Assembly (NCBI GenBank): GCA_016179745.1
Contig: JACPCP010000022.1
Span: forward strand, 3,536-67,535
Reading direction: 5' to 3'
DNA length: 64,000 nt
DNA from: Candidatus Omnitrophota bacterium
GTDB taxonomy: Bacteria > Omnitrophota > Omnitrophia > Omnitrophales > JACQLI01
Shown here: one piece after another, positions 9,554 to 17,910 of the stretch
How the letters are laid out: each line of letters starts with the position of its first letter
Numbering within the stretch: the first letter of the stretch is position 1
Made by a program: the position numbers and the translations under genes
The notes under the pieces: model-generated
Told to the model about the DNA's origin: nothing
Seen by the model: only the letters and a program-made list of their open reading frames with translations
Database searches by the model: none

Positions 9554-12046
9554 TCAAACCACCATGTTTAACAAGCGGTGCGGGACGTAAATGACTTTTT
9601 TCACTTCCCTGCCGTTGATCCATTCTCGGACTTTGGGATCCTGCAAAGCAAGGTTTTTAATTTCCTCTTCGGAGATTTGGCTCGGCACCTTCAGGCGGGA
9701 ACGGACCCGGCCGGAGACCTGCACGACAACTTCCTCCTCGTCCCGCACAAGCGCCCGGGAATCATAAGTCGGCCAGGGAGTGCGGAAAACCGTCTCGGAA
9801 TGGCCGAAGCGGAACCAGAGCTCCTCGGCAACGTGAGGAACGAAGGGGGCCAGGAGTTTGACGAGCGTTTCGAGACTCTCCCGCAGCAGCTTCTTTTCCT
9901 CAGCCGTGTGGGGCTCGAAACGATAAAGGCAGTTCAAAAATTCCATGCAGGCGCTGATGGCGGTGTTGAAATGGAAGTCGCCTTCAAGGTCGTCGGTCAC
10001 CTTCTTGACGGTCCGGTGAAGCTCATATCGAATCTCGCCGGCTCCCAGCGCCCTCCCTTCCCGTTCCCCCGTTTTCTCAGACTCTTCCCGGGCGGCCATC
10101 CGCCAAAGCCGGGCCAGGAATCGATACGCCCCTTCCACGCCCTGGTCCTGCCATTCGGCGTCCTTCTCCGGCGGGCCCATAAAGAGGGTGTAGAGCCGGA
10201 CCGTGTCGGCGCCGTATTTCCGGATCAATTCGTCCGGGCTCACCACGTTTCCCTTGGACTTCGACATCTTGGCCCCGTCTTTGATGATCATGCCCTGTGT
10301 GAATAGCCGGGCAAAAGGTTCTTTGAAGGAAATGAGCCCCAGATCGTAGAGAACCTTATTAATAAACCGTGCGTAAAGAAGATGCAGAATGGCGTGTTCG
10401 ACGCCGCCGATATATTGGTCCACGGGAAGCCAGCGGTTCACCGCCTGCGTATCAAAGGCCCGCTTTTCGTCCTTGGGGCTGATGTAACGCAGAAAATACC
10501 AGCTCGAATCCACAAAGGTGTCCATCGTGTCGGGCTCTCTTCGGGCCGGGACGTTACAACGGGGGCACTTCACTTTTTGAAATTCAGGGTGGTCCTGAAG
10601 CGGCGAGACGCCCGTGGGTTTGAATTTGACACTCTCAGGAAGGAGGACAGGCAAATCCTTTTCCGGAACGGGTACGGCCCCGCATTTTTGACAGTGGATC
10701 ATCGGAATGGGGGCGCCCCAGTAGCGCTGGCGGGAAATCAGCCAGTCCCGCAGGCGATACTGAATTTTCCGCCGGCCGATTTTGTTCCTCTCCATAAAAT
10801 CGGCGATCTTTTCTTTGGCCGCTTCGCTTGGAATTCCCGTGAAGGCGCCGGAATCCACCAAAATTCCGGGATCCTCATAGGCCTCCTTGAAAGCCTCCGT
10901 CTTTAAAGATTTCCCGGGTCGACCAATCACCACCCGAATCGGCAGTTTGTATTTCTTGGCGAATTCGAAATCCCGGTCATCGTGAGCCGGAACGGCCATC
11001 ACGATTCCTGTGCCGTATTCCATCAAAACGTAATTTGCAACCCAGAGGGGGATTTTTTCCTGAGTCATGGGATTGACGACAAAGCGGCCCGTAAAAATTC
11101 CTTCCTTCTCCGTCTCAAGCTGGGACCGCACCGTTAAATCTTGTGCTTTCATCCGATTGACGGCGGCTTCCACGTTCTTTCTCTCGGGAACATCACGGAC
11201 GAGCTCCGAAAGCCTCGGATGTTCCGGAGAAATGACAACATAGGTGGCGCCGAAAATCGTGTCCACCCGGGTGGTAAAACAGGAAAGGGGACTGTCCCCC
11301 TTTGAGGGGACTGTCCCCTTCAGGGGAACCACGGGAAAATCAATTTCAACGCCCGTGCTTTTCCCGATCCAATTCTCCTGCATGATCCGAACCCGCTCCG
11401 GCCAACCCTCCAAAAGCTTCAGGTCCTCCAGGAGCCGTTCGGCGTAAGTTGTAATTTTGAAAAACCATTGTTCCAGATTTTTGCTTTCCACTTTCGCTTC
11501 ACAGCGCTCGCACCTGCCGTCCACCACCTGTTCATTGGCGAGGGAAGTCTGACAGGAAGGGCACCAGTTCACGGCCGCCTTCTTTTTATAGGCCAGACCC
11601 TTCCCGTAAAGCTTGAGAAAAATCCACTGGGTCCATCGGTAATAATCAGGAAGGCAGGAAGTGACTTCCCGGGTCCAATCGTAGCCGCATCCCCATTCGC
11701 CGAGCTGGCGCTTCATATTTTGAACGTTCTGAAGGGTGGAAGTTTTCGGGTGGATATTGTTTTTGAGGGCGGCATTCTCGGCCGGCAGGCCGAAGGCGTC
11801 AAAGCCCATCGGACTCAGGACATTGAATCCTCTCATCATCTTGTAGCGGGCCACGGCATCGCCCAAAATGTAATTGTGACCGTGTCCCACGTGAAGTGAG
11901 GCGGAAGGATAGGGAAACATCACGAGGCAGTAATATTTTGGACGGGCGTCTTCGAGTTTGACCTCGAAGAGACGCTTCTCCGCCCACTGGCGCTGCCACC
12001 TGGGTTCAATTTCCCGGAAGGGATAAACAGGGCTGGATTTTTCCAT
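9554..12046 (-). CDS. leuS: Leucyl-tRNA synthetase
   Basis: 830 aa with a HIGH-type motif (HVGHGHNY), KMSKS (KMSKSKGN), the editing-domain TTRVDTIFG block and the conserved C-terminus VIYVPHRLLNMVV. Confidence 0.95.
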   Translation of the reverse strand: MEKSSPVYPFREIEPRWQRQWAEKRLFEVKLEDARPKYYCLVMFPYPSASLHVGHGHNYILGDAVARYKMMRGFNVLSPMGFDAFGLPAENAALKNNIHPKTSTLQNVQNMKRQLGEWGCGYDWTREVTSCLPDYYRWTQWIFLKLYGKGLAYKKKAAVNWCPSCQTSLANEQVVDGRCERCEAKVESKNLEQWFFKITTYAERLLEDLKLLEGWPERVRIMQENWIGKSTGVEIDFPVVPLKGTVPSKGDSPLSCFTTRVDTIFGATYVVISPEHPRLSELVRDVPERKNVEAAVNRMKAQDLTVRSQLETEKEGIFTGRFVVNPMTQEKIPLWVANYVLMEYGTGIVMAVPAHDDRDFEFAKKYKLPIRVVIGRPGKSLKTEAFKEAYEDPGILVDSGAFTGIPSEAAKEKIADFMERNKIGRRKIQYRLRDWLISRQRYWGAPIPMIHCQKCGAVPVPEKDLPVLLPESVKFKPTGVSPLQDHPEFQKVKCPRCNVPARREPDTMDTFVDSSWYFLRYISPKDEKRAFDTQAVNRWLPVDQYIGGVEHAILHLLYARFINKVLYDLGLISFKEPFARLFTQGMIIKDGAKMSKSKGNVVSPDELIRKYGADTVRLYTLFMGPPEKDAEWQDQGVEGAYRFLARLWRMAAREESEKTGEREGRALGAGEIRYELHRTVKKVTDDLEGDFHFNTAISACMEFLNCLYRFEPHTAEEKKLLRESLETLVKLLAPFVPHVAEELWFRFGHSETVFRTPWPTYDSRALVRDEEEVVVQVSGRVRSRLKVPSQISEEEIKNLALQDPKVREWINGREVKKVIYVPHRLLNMVV
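11287..11318. repeat. Two exact copies of 13-nt palindrome GGGGACTGTCCCC spaced 19 bp, inside leuS
   Basis: Read directly from the sequence: aggaaaGGGGACTGTCCCCctttgaGGGGACTGTCCCCttcaGGGGAAC. It encodes the LeuS segment PLKGTVPSKGDSPLS. Confidence 0.85.
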
Positions 12047-12162
12047 AAAGCGGCCGTTATTTTAGCATTGGCGCCAGGTTCCGTAAAGGCAAGCTCCCCA
12101 GCCGAGAATTTCGAAACCAATGCTTGAAAAATAGGGAGTTTTGGTTAAGCTGATAGCCTCTT

Positions 12163-12250
12163 GGGCCGGCCCCTTGGTTACTTGGTGTGAGGGGCTGGCC
12201 TACATTTGGTTTTCGGGCCGGCCCCTTGATCGCTTGGTACGAGGGGCTGC
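12163..12250 (+). repeat. Two tandem similar stem-loops (52-bp period) upstream of tRNA-Ala
   Basis: GGGCCGGCCCC-ttggttacttggtgtga-GGGGCTGGCC at 12163-12200 and GGGCCGGCCCC-ttgatcgcttggtacga-GGGGCTGC at 12215-12250. Both begin with the same 7 nt as the tRNA-Ala acceptor (GGGCCGG). Confidence 0.7.
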
Positions 12251-12320
12251 TCGGTCAAGTGACGTGCGCATTAGAGTTGGCTGCCTCGAAATACGTTGGT
12301 TGCTTTTTGCAACGTTTTGT

Positions 12321-12393
12321 GGGCCGGTAGTTCAGTTGGGAGAACGCCACAATGGCATTGTGGAGGTCAGGGGTTCAACTCCCCTCCGGTCCA
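12321..12393 (+). tRNA. tRNA-Ala (anticodon GGC)
   Basis: Cloverleaf read by eye: acceptor GGGCCGG/CCGGTCC with a G3:U70 pair, anticodon loop ATGGCAT, T-arm AGGGG-TTCAACT-CCCCT. Confidence 0.9.
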
Positions 12394-12422
12394 GAAATAC
12401 AATTAAAAATTAATTGTTTTCA

Positions 12423-12506
12423 GCCGAAGTGGCGGAACTGGCAGACGCGCACGACTCAAAATCGTGTGCTCGCAAGGGCATGAGGGTTCGACTCCCTCCT
12501 TCGGCA
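12423..12506 (+). tRNA. tRNA-Leu (anticodon CAA)
   Basis: Acceptor GCCGAAG/CTTCGGC, anticodon stem-loop CACGA-CTCAAAA-TCGTG, long variable arm, T-arm GAGGG-TTCGACT-CCCTC. Confidence 0.9.
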
Positions 12507-12587
12507 GGATTTTCCTGTCCTCAGGTCCTCAGGCGCCCCCTCAAGTTTCAACCCGCCGGGCCGATTTATGCATAAGGTAAAACTTTT

Positions 12588-12788
12588 ATGAACCCCGTCA
12601 AACCGCTTTATACGTGCTCAGGGTGCCATTGGTCAGGGGACGAGGCCCGCTTCGTCACAAAGATCCTGAGCATTATGTACCGGCCCCGCCACGAAAATAT
12701 CCAGGCCTTCAAGCAGATCAAGTGCCCGAAGTGTCAATCGTTGGTGACGATCATCTTTGAGACCTTGAGCGGCACAACGGTCAAATAA
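12588..12788 (+). CDS. Small zinc-ribbon-like hypothetical protein
   Basis: 66 aa with two CxxC pairs (CSGC ... CPKC). One of very few plus-strand ORFs. It sits directly after the tRNA pair. Confidence 0.4.
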   Translation: MNPVKPLYTCSGCHWSGDEARFVTKILSIMYRPRHENIQAFKQIKCPKCQSLVTIIFETLSGTTVK

Positions 12789-12798
12789 AGGTAGGACT

Positions 12799-14124
12799 TT
12801 AAGAAACGATCTTCAGGCAGCGTTCCAGAATCTCCATCGCCAGATCCACTTCCTTTTGATTTACAACGAGCGCCGGCGAAAACCGGATCCCCGATTCCCC
12901 GCAGCCCAATAAAAGCAGTCCCCGCCGAAACGCCTTCTGGATAATTTTATTCCGTTCGCTCACGGCCGGCTCCTTCGTGGAACGGTCCCTGACGAGTTCG
13001 ATCCCCTGCATCAGCCCCACGCCCCGGACATCGCCGATCAAAGGAAACTTGCGCGCCAAATCCCAGAGCCGGGCTTCGAGATAGTCTCCGACCCTTTCGG
13101 CATTCTTCATCAAACCCGACTCGACGAGATGAATCGTCTCAAGCGCCGCTTCACAGGCCACGGGATTGCCGCCAAAGGTCGTGGCATGTGAACCCGGTTC
13201 CCAATCGGCCAGCTCACTTCGCGCAATCATGGCGCCGAGAGGCATCCCGGAGGCGATCCCTTTCGCCACGGTAACGATGTCAGGCTCCACACCCCAATGT
13301 TCGATGGCAAACATTTTCCCCGTCCTCCCCATCCCTGACTGGATTTCGTCGACGATGAGAAGAATTTTGTGCCTTCGAGTCAGTTCCCGAAGCGCCTCAT
13401 GGTAGCCGGGAGGCGGCATCACGTAGCCCCCCTCCCCCTGAATCGGCTCGACGATGATCGCCGCCACTTCATCGGCAGGAACCGTCTTCTTAAAAAGGGT
13501 GTCCTCCAGGTAAGAAACGCAGGAGATGTTGCACTCCGGATATTTCAGATTGTAAGGGCAGCGGTAGCAGTAACCGTAACCGGCGTGGACCACTCCGGGA
13601 AGAAGCGGCCCGAATTTTTCCCGTTGAACCACTTTGCTCGCCGTCAGAGAAAGGGCCCCGAGGGTCCGGCCGTGAAAGGCCCCGAAGAAGGCAATTAGTT
13701 TCTCCCGTTTGGTGTGATAACGGGCGAGCTTGATGGCCGCCTCAACGGCCTCGGCCCCGGAATTGGTGAAGAAGACTTTCTTCTTCCCCTTCCCGGGAGC
13801 CAGGCCTGCCAATTTTTCAGCCAGGCGCACTTGCGGCTCATAATAAAAGTCCGTGCCGGACATGTGGAGAAGCCTCGAGGCTTGCCGCTGGATCGCACGG
13901 ACCACCCGGGGATGACAATGGCCGGTCGTTGTGACCGCAATGCCGGCGGTAAAGTCGAGAAATTCGTTCCCGTCCGGGTCTTTGAGCCAGACCCCACGGC
14001 CGGTCTCGGCCACAAAGGGGTAGGGGCGGGTTAGGGAAGGCGAGAGAACGTGTGCGTCACGCTGGATGAGGGCCCGGGCCTTGGGACCGGGAAGTCGGGG
14101 TGTCCGAATTTTCGGCTGCTTCAT
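12799..14124 (-). CDS. Class-III PLP aminotransferase (GabT/omega-aminotransferase-like)
   Basis: 441 aa with typical class-III blocks (LDFTAGIAVTTTGHCHPRVV, FFTNSGAEAVEAAIKLAR, LLIVDEIQSGMGRTGKMFA, DIVTVAKGIASG, THATTFGGNP). Confidence 0.85.
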   Translation of the reverse strand: MKQPKIRTPRLPGPKARALIQRDAHVLSPSLTRPYPFVAETGRGVWLKDPDGNEFLDFTAGIAVTTTGHCHPRVVRAIQRQASRLLHMSGTDFYYEPQVRLAEKLAGLAPGKGKKKVFFTNSGAEAVEAAIKLARYHTKREKLIAFFGAFHGRTLGALSLTASKVVQREKFGPLLPGVVHAGYGYCYRCPYNLKYPECNISCVSYLEDTLFKKTVPADEVAAIIVEPIQGEGGYVMPPPGYHEALRELTRRHKILLIVDEIQSGMGRTGKMFAIEHWGVEPDIVTVAKGIASGMPLGAMIARSELADWEPGSHATTFGGNPVACEAALETIHLVESGLMKNAERVGDYLEARLWDLARKFPLIGDVRGVGLMQGIELVRDRSTKEPAVSERNKIIQKAFRRGLLLLGCGESGIRFSPALVVNQKEVDLAMEILERCLKIVS

Positions 14125-15646
14125 GCTTTAACTCATCGACGTCGATTTGCACCTTCTGAAGCTTTCCGCTGAAATCAACGCAGACTGTTTTCCATTCACT
14201 AAAAATGTCCAAGGCGGTCTGGCCCGCTTCCCGGTGGCCGTTTCCGGTATTTTTCACGCCGCCGAAGGGAAGGTGGACTTCCGCACCGATGGTGGGACCG
14301 TTAATGTAGGTGACCCCGGCTTCGATATCCCGGATCGCCTTCATCGCAAAATTGACATCCCGGGAATAAAGGGAAGAGGACAACCCGTAAGCGGTGTCGT
14401 TCACGCTTCGAATCGCCTCCTCGAAACGCTTGAAAGGGACGAGGCACGTCACAGGGCCGAAGATTTCTTCCTGCATAATCCGCATCTTGGGGTGGGCTCC
14501 CGTGAAAACCGTCGGCGGATAAAAGGACCCTTTATCCAGGCCCTTACCACGGGCAGGACCGCCGCCGATTTCAAGCTTCGCTCCCTCTTTCCTGCCAATT
14601 TCAACATATTCGTGGACTCTTTTCCTTTGAACCTCGCTAATAAGAGGCCCCATCTCCACGCCCTTCTTCATGCCGTCCCCGATTTTGATTTGGCGGGCCC
14701 GCTCGAGAAACATTTTCTTGAACCGGGAGAAGGTGTTTTCTTGGACAAAAATTCGGCTGGCGGCCGTGCAACGCTGGCCGGTTGTCCCGAAGGCGCCCCA
14801 CACCGCCCCTTCCAGGGCCAGATCGAGGTCCGCATCGTCCATTACGATTTGGGCGTTCTTGCCGCCCATTTCCAGGGAACAGCGCTTTAAAGTCTTTCCG
14901 CAGTGTTCGCCAATCAGCCGGCCGACTTCCGAAGAACCGGTAAAAGAAATGAGGCGGACTGCGGGATGTCTCACGAGGGCCTCTCCTGCAGCGGGTCCCC
15001 CGTGGACCAAATTCAAAACACCTTTCGGCAACCCGGCCTCTTCCAGAATTCTTACCAGCTCGACGGCTGAAAGGGGCGTGTCCTCCGCCGGCTTGAGGAC
15101 CGCCGTGTTGCCACAAATCAACGCCGGAAAAACTTTCCAAACCGGAATGGCCAGAGGGAAATTCCACGGGGAAATGAGTCCCGTCACACCGACCGGCATT
15201 CGGATGGACATCGCAAACTTGTCTCGAAGTTCACTGGTGGAAGTCTGACCGAAAAGGCGCCTCCCTTCTCCGGCGGCATAAGAGGCCATGTCCACCGCTT
15301 CCTGAACATCGCCCCGGGTCTCCCGAAGGACCTTGCCCATCTCCCTTGTCATGAGACGGGCCAGTTCTTCTTTCCGTTCCTTCATAAGAAGGCCTGCCTT
15401 GAGGAGGATTTCACCCCGCCGGGGAGGAGGCACGAGCCGCCATTCCGGGAAGGCCCGCTCGGCCGCTTCGACGGCGAGAGAAACGTCCTCGGCCCCGGAC
15501 TCCGGGAAAAAACCGATCACGTCATCCCGGTCGGCCGGGTTCACATTGGGAAAAGTTTTTCCGCTTCGGGACGGGACCCATTTCCCGCCGATGTAATTTA
15601 GATACTTTTTGGGTGGGGCCACGGGGCTTTTTTCTCCTTCGCCCAC
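14057..15646 (-). CDS. NAD(P)-dependent aldehyde dehydrogenase
   Basis: 529 aa with ALDH blocks (SPWNFPL, LEMGGKNA with the catalytic Glu, GQRCTAASR with the catalytic Cys, EEIFGPV). GTG start. The C-terminal tail runs 68 nt into the aminotransferase gene. Confidence 0.85.
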   Translation of the reverse strand: MGEGEKSPVAPPKKYLNYIGGKWVPSRSGKTFPNVNPADRDDVIGFFPESGAEDVSLAVEAAERAFPEWRLVPPPRRGEILLKAGLLMKERKEELARLMTREMGKVLRETRGDVQEAVDMASYAAGEGRRLFGQTSTSELRDKFAMSIRMPVGVTGLISPWNFPLAIPVWKVFPALICGNTAVLKPAEDTPLSAVELVRILEEAGLPKGVLNLVHGGPAAGEALVRHPAVRLISFTGSSEVGRLIGEHCGKTLKRCSLEMGGKNAQIVMDDADLDLALEGAVWGAFGTTGQRCTAASRIFVQENTFSRFKKMFLERARQIKIGDGMKKGVEMGPLISEVQRKRVHEYVEIGRKEGAKLEIGGGPARGKGLDKGSFYPPTVFTGAHPKMRIMQEEIFGPVTCLVPFKRFEEAIRSVNDTAYGLSSSLYSRDVNFAMKAIRDIEAGVTYINGPTIGAEVHLPFGGVKNTGNGHREAGQTALDIFSEWKTVCVDFSGKLQKVQIDVDELKHEAAENSDTPTSRSQGPGPHPA

Positions 15647-16377
15647 TTTTCAAGGTTGGAAATTGAGGAATAATCCGTTTGGTCGAGCTTCAAAGGGGTG
15701 ATGGCGACAAAACCTTCCTGGAGGACCTCCTCATCGGTGGTCCCGTCCGGGTCAAACACTTCGATCTCCCCGGCGAGCGAATAAATCCTCTTCCGGCCTC
15801 TGACATTTTCAAGGCTGAATTCTTCGATGAAACGGCTCCGGGCCTGCCGGGCCACCTTTACGCCCCGGATTTCGGATTCCGGCAGAGACGGAATATTCAC
15901 ATTTAACAGGATGTCCCGTGGGAGGGAACCCTCTTGATAGCCCTCCAAAAGCATTTGAACAAAAGAGCAGGCGTAATCAAATTCAGGTGAGATCTTGCTT
16001 CCGACGGAAACGGCCAAGGCAGGAATTCCATTGATGAGTCCCTCCCGGGCGGCTGAGATGGTCCCGGAATAATAAACGCTGACGCCCGTATTGGGGCCGG
16101 GGTTGATCCCGGAAATCAAAAGGTCCGGGACAAAATCCGCCTTGAGTTCGGAGAGGGCGAATTTGACACAGTCGGCGGGGGTGCCGTGAACGGCGAATCG
16201 TCCGGGGCCGAGTTCCTCAACGACAAATTCGTGTCCGAGGGAAATAGAATGGCTCGACGCTGATTTTTCCGAGGCGGGCGCCGCAACCAGAAGATCGTGA
16301 TTCGCTTCCAGGGCATGAACCAGCGCCCGAAGCCCCGGCGCCTCAATCCCGTCATCATTGGTCAGAAGAATTTTCAT
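15598..16377 (-). CDS. surE: 5'/3'-nucleotidase SurE
   Basis: 259 aa. N-terminus MKILLTNDDGIEAPGLRAL, GTPADCV and YSGTISAAREG are the SurE hallmarks. Confidence 0.9.
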   Translation of the reverse strand: MKILLTNDDGIEAPGLRALVHALEANHDLLVAAPASEKSASSHSISLGHEFVVEELGPGRFAVHGTPADCVKFALSELKADFVPDLLISGINPGPNTGVSVYYSGTISAAREGLINGIPALAVSVGSKISPEFDYACSFVQMLLEGYQEGSLPRDILLNVNIPSLPESEIRGVKVARQARSRFIEEFSLENVRGRKRIYSLAGEIEVFDPDGTTDEEVLQEGFVAITPLKLDQTDYSSISNLEKWAKEKKAPWPHPKSI

Positions 16378-16384
16378 GCGAGAA

Positions 16385-17140
16385 TTATATCACGAGTCCC
16401 CACTGGCGCCGGACACGCCGCTCCAGGGGCGCAAAGACGAGTTGGTCAAAAAAGAGCCCGACGGCCACGATCACGAGCATCACGGCGATGACCTGAGCCA
16501 TATCATTCAGTTCACGGCCGGTCTGAAGCAACTGGCCGAGGCCGAGACTCACGAAAAGAAGCTCCCCCGCCATCAGCGAGCGCCAGGCAAAAGACCAGCC
16601 GAGTTTCATCCCTGTCACCACCGAAGGAAGCGCGGCCGGGAAAATCACACGGATGTAAAGATCGAGCCCCTCGATTCCCATCGTTCGTGCCGCCCTGAGA
16701 TAGAGGGGTGAGATGTTCTTGATGCCGCTGTCGGTGGCAATCGCGATGGAGAGAAGCGCCCCCATGACCACCACAAACTGGATCGCCATTTCATTCAGAC
16801 CAAACCACAAAATCGCCAGGGGCAGCCAGCAAATGCTGGGGAGGACCTGAAGGGCCAGCATGAGCGAACCTGCCGTTTCATCCAGAAATTTGAAGCGTCC
16901 CACCAAAACACCCAGGCTCGCGCCCAGAAAGAGGGAAAGGGAGTAACCGATCAGAATCCGTTTGAGGCTGACCGCGAGGGCGATCGGAAAAGAGCCGTCA
17001 CGGAGCCCAAAGATAAAGGCCTGAAAAACGTCCCCGGGTGAGGGGAAAAGGTAAGGAGGCCAGACCTTCAGCCTAAATACCGCTTCCCAGATCAATCCCA
17101 GCAGGACGTAGAAAATCAGTTTTCTTGAGAGTCCACTCAT
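16385..17140 (-). CDS. ABC transporter permease (SsuC/TauC/NitT family-like)
   Basis: 251-aa polytopic protein of the BPD-transporter type. GAGGTGG RBS 7 nt upstream of the ATG. Confidence 0.8.
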   Translation of the reverse strand: MSGLSRKLIFYVLLGLIWEAVFRLKVWPPYLFPSPGDVFQAFIFGLRDGSFPIALAVSLKRILIGYSLSLFLGASLGVLVGRFKFLDETAGSLMLALQVLPSICWLPLAILWFGLNEMAIQFVVVMGALLSIAIATDSGIKNISPLYLRAARTMGIEGLDLYIRVIFPAALPSVVTGMKLGWSFAWRSLMAGELLFVSLGLGQLLQTGRELNDMAQVIAVMLVIVAVGLFFDQLVFAPLERRVRRQWGLVI

Positions 17141-17909
17141 GGTCCACCTCTTCTCTTAATACCTTTTCAATTTCCTCGCGAAGTTCCCGCTGGATTTGCT
17201 GGGCGTAGGACAAGACGCCGGAACTATTGATATCGCGGGGCCTCGGAAGATCAATTCGAAATTCCTTTTTGATCCGTCCCGGCCGGGCGGTAAAGACAAG
17301 CACCCGATCGCCGAGGCGGACGGCTTCGCGCACGTTGTGCGTGACAAAGAGAACGGTCTGGCGCGTTTTCTGCCAAATGTCTTGAAGCTCTTCATGAAGG
17401 AGGTCCCGGGTCTGGGCGTCGAGCGCCGCAAAGGGCTCATCCATCAGAAGCACGGAGGGATTCAAGGCAAGAGCCCGGGCCAGGGCCACCCGGCTTTTCA
17501 TCCCTCCGGAAAGTTCGTGAACATACGACTTCTCAAAGCGCCCGAGATGAACCAGGTTGAGAAAGGTGCGCGCAATCTCCCGGCGTTTTCCGGATTCCAT
17601 CCGCCGAACCAGCCCAAACTCAATGTTTTGGATCACATTCAGCCAGGGAAAAAGCGCGGCCTCTTGAAAAATCACCACGCGGTCACTCCCGGGCGCGGTG
17701 ACTTTGTCGCCGTTCGACCGGATCTCCCCGTGAGTCGGCGGTTCGAGGCCGGCCACCAGATTCAACAAGGTCGTCTTGCCACAGCCCGAGGGCCCCACAA
17801 AACAGACGAATTCTCCCGATTTGATTTCAAGGGAGGTTTCTTGCAGAGCCTGGAGTTTTCCCTGGCGGGTTTCAAATTCCTTCGCCGCCTGCCGGATCGA
17901 AATTTCCAT
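17073..17909 (-). CDS. ABC transporter ATP-binding protein (SsuB/TauB-like)
   Basis: Walker A GPSGCGKTT, signature LSGGMKSRVALARAL, Walker B LLMDEPF. Start set at MEISIRQ, just after the upstream stop. Confidence 0.85.
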   Translation of the reverse strand: MEISIRQAAKEFETRQGKLQALQETSLEIKSGEFVCFVGPSGCGKTTLLNLVAGLEPPTHGEIRSNGDKVTAPGSDRVVIFQEAALFPWLNVIQNIEFGLVRRMESGKRREIARTFLNLVHLGRFEKSYVHELSGGMKSRVALARALALNPSVLLMDEPFAALDAQTRDLLHEELQDIWQKTRQTVLFVTHNVREAVRLGDRVLVFTARPGRIKKEFRIDLPRPRDINSSGVLSYAQQIQRELREEIEKVLREEVDHEWTLKKTDFLRPAGIDLGSGI

Positions 17910-17910
17910 T

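Noticed and set aside
12141-12413. 90-aa plus-strand ORF.
   Set aside because: It runs through the two tandem hairpins and the whole tRNA-Ala gene, so it is not coding.
12518-12533. Tandem TCCTCAGG TCCTCAGG after tRNA-Leu.
   Set aside because: It is two copies of an 8-mer with no further structure or partner, so it is likely trivial.
14057-14124. Identical 68-nt gene overlaps at ALDH/aminotransferase (14057-14124) and ABC ATPase/permease (17073-17140).
   Set aside because: In both cases the upstream frame simply lacks a stop until it is inside the next gene, and the downstream starts are plausible (GAGGTGG RBS before 17140). The equal length appears coincidental. I see no slippery site or structure.
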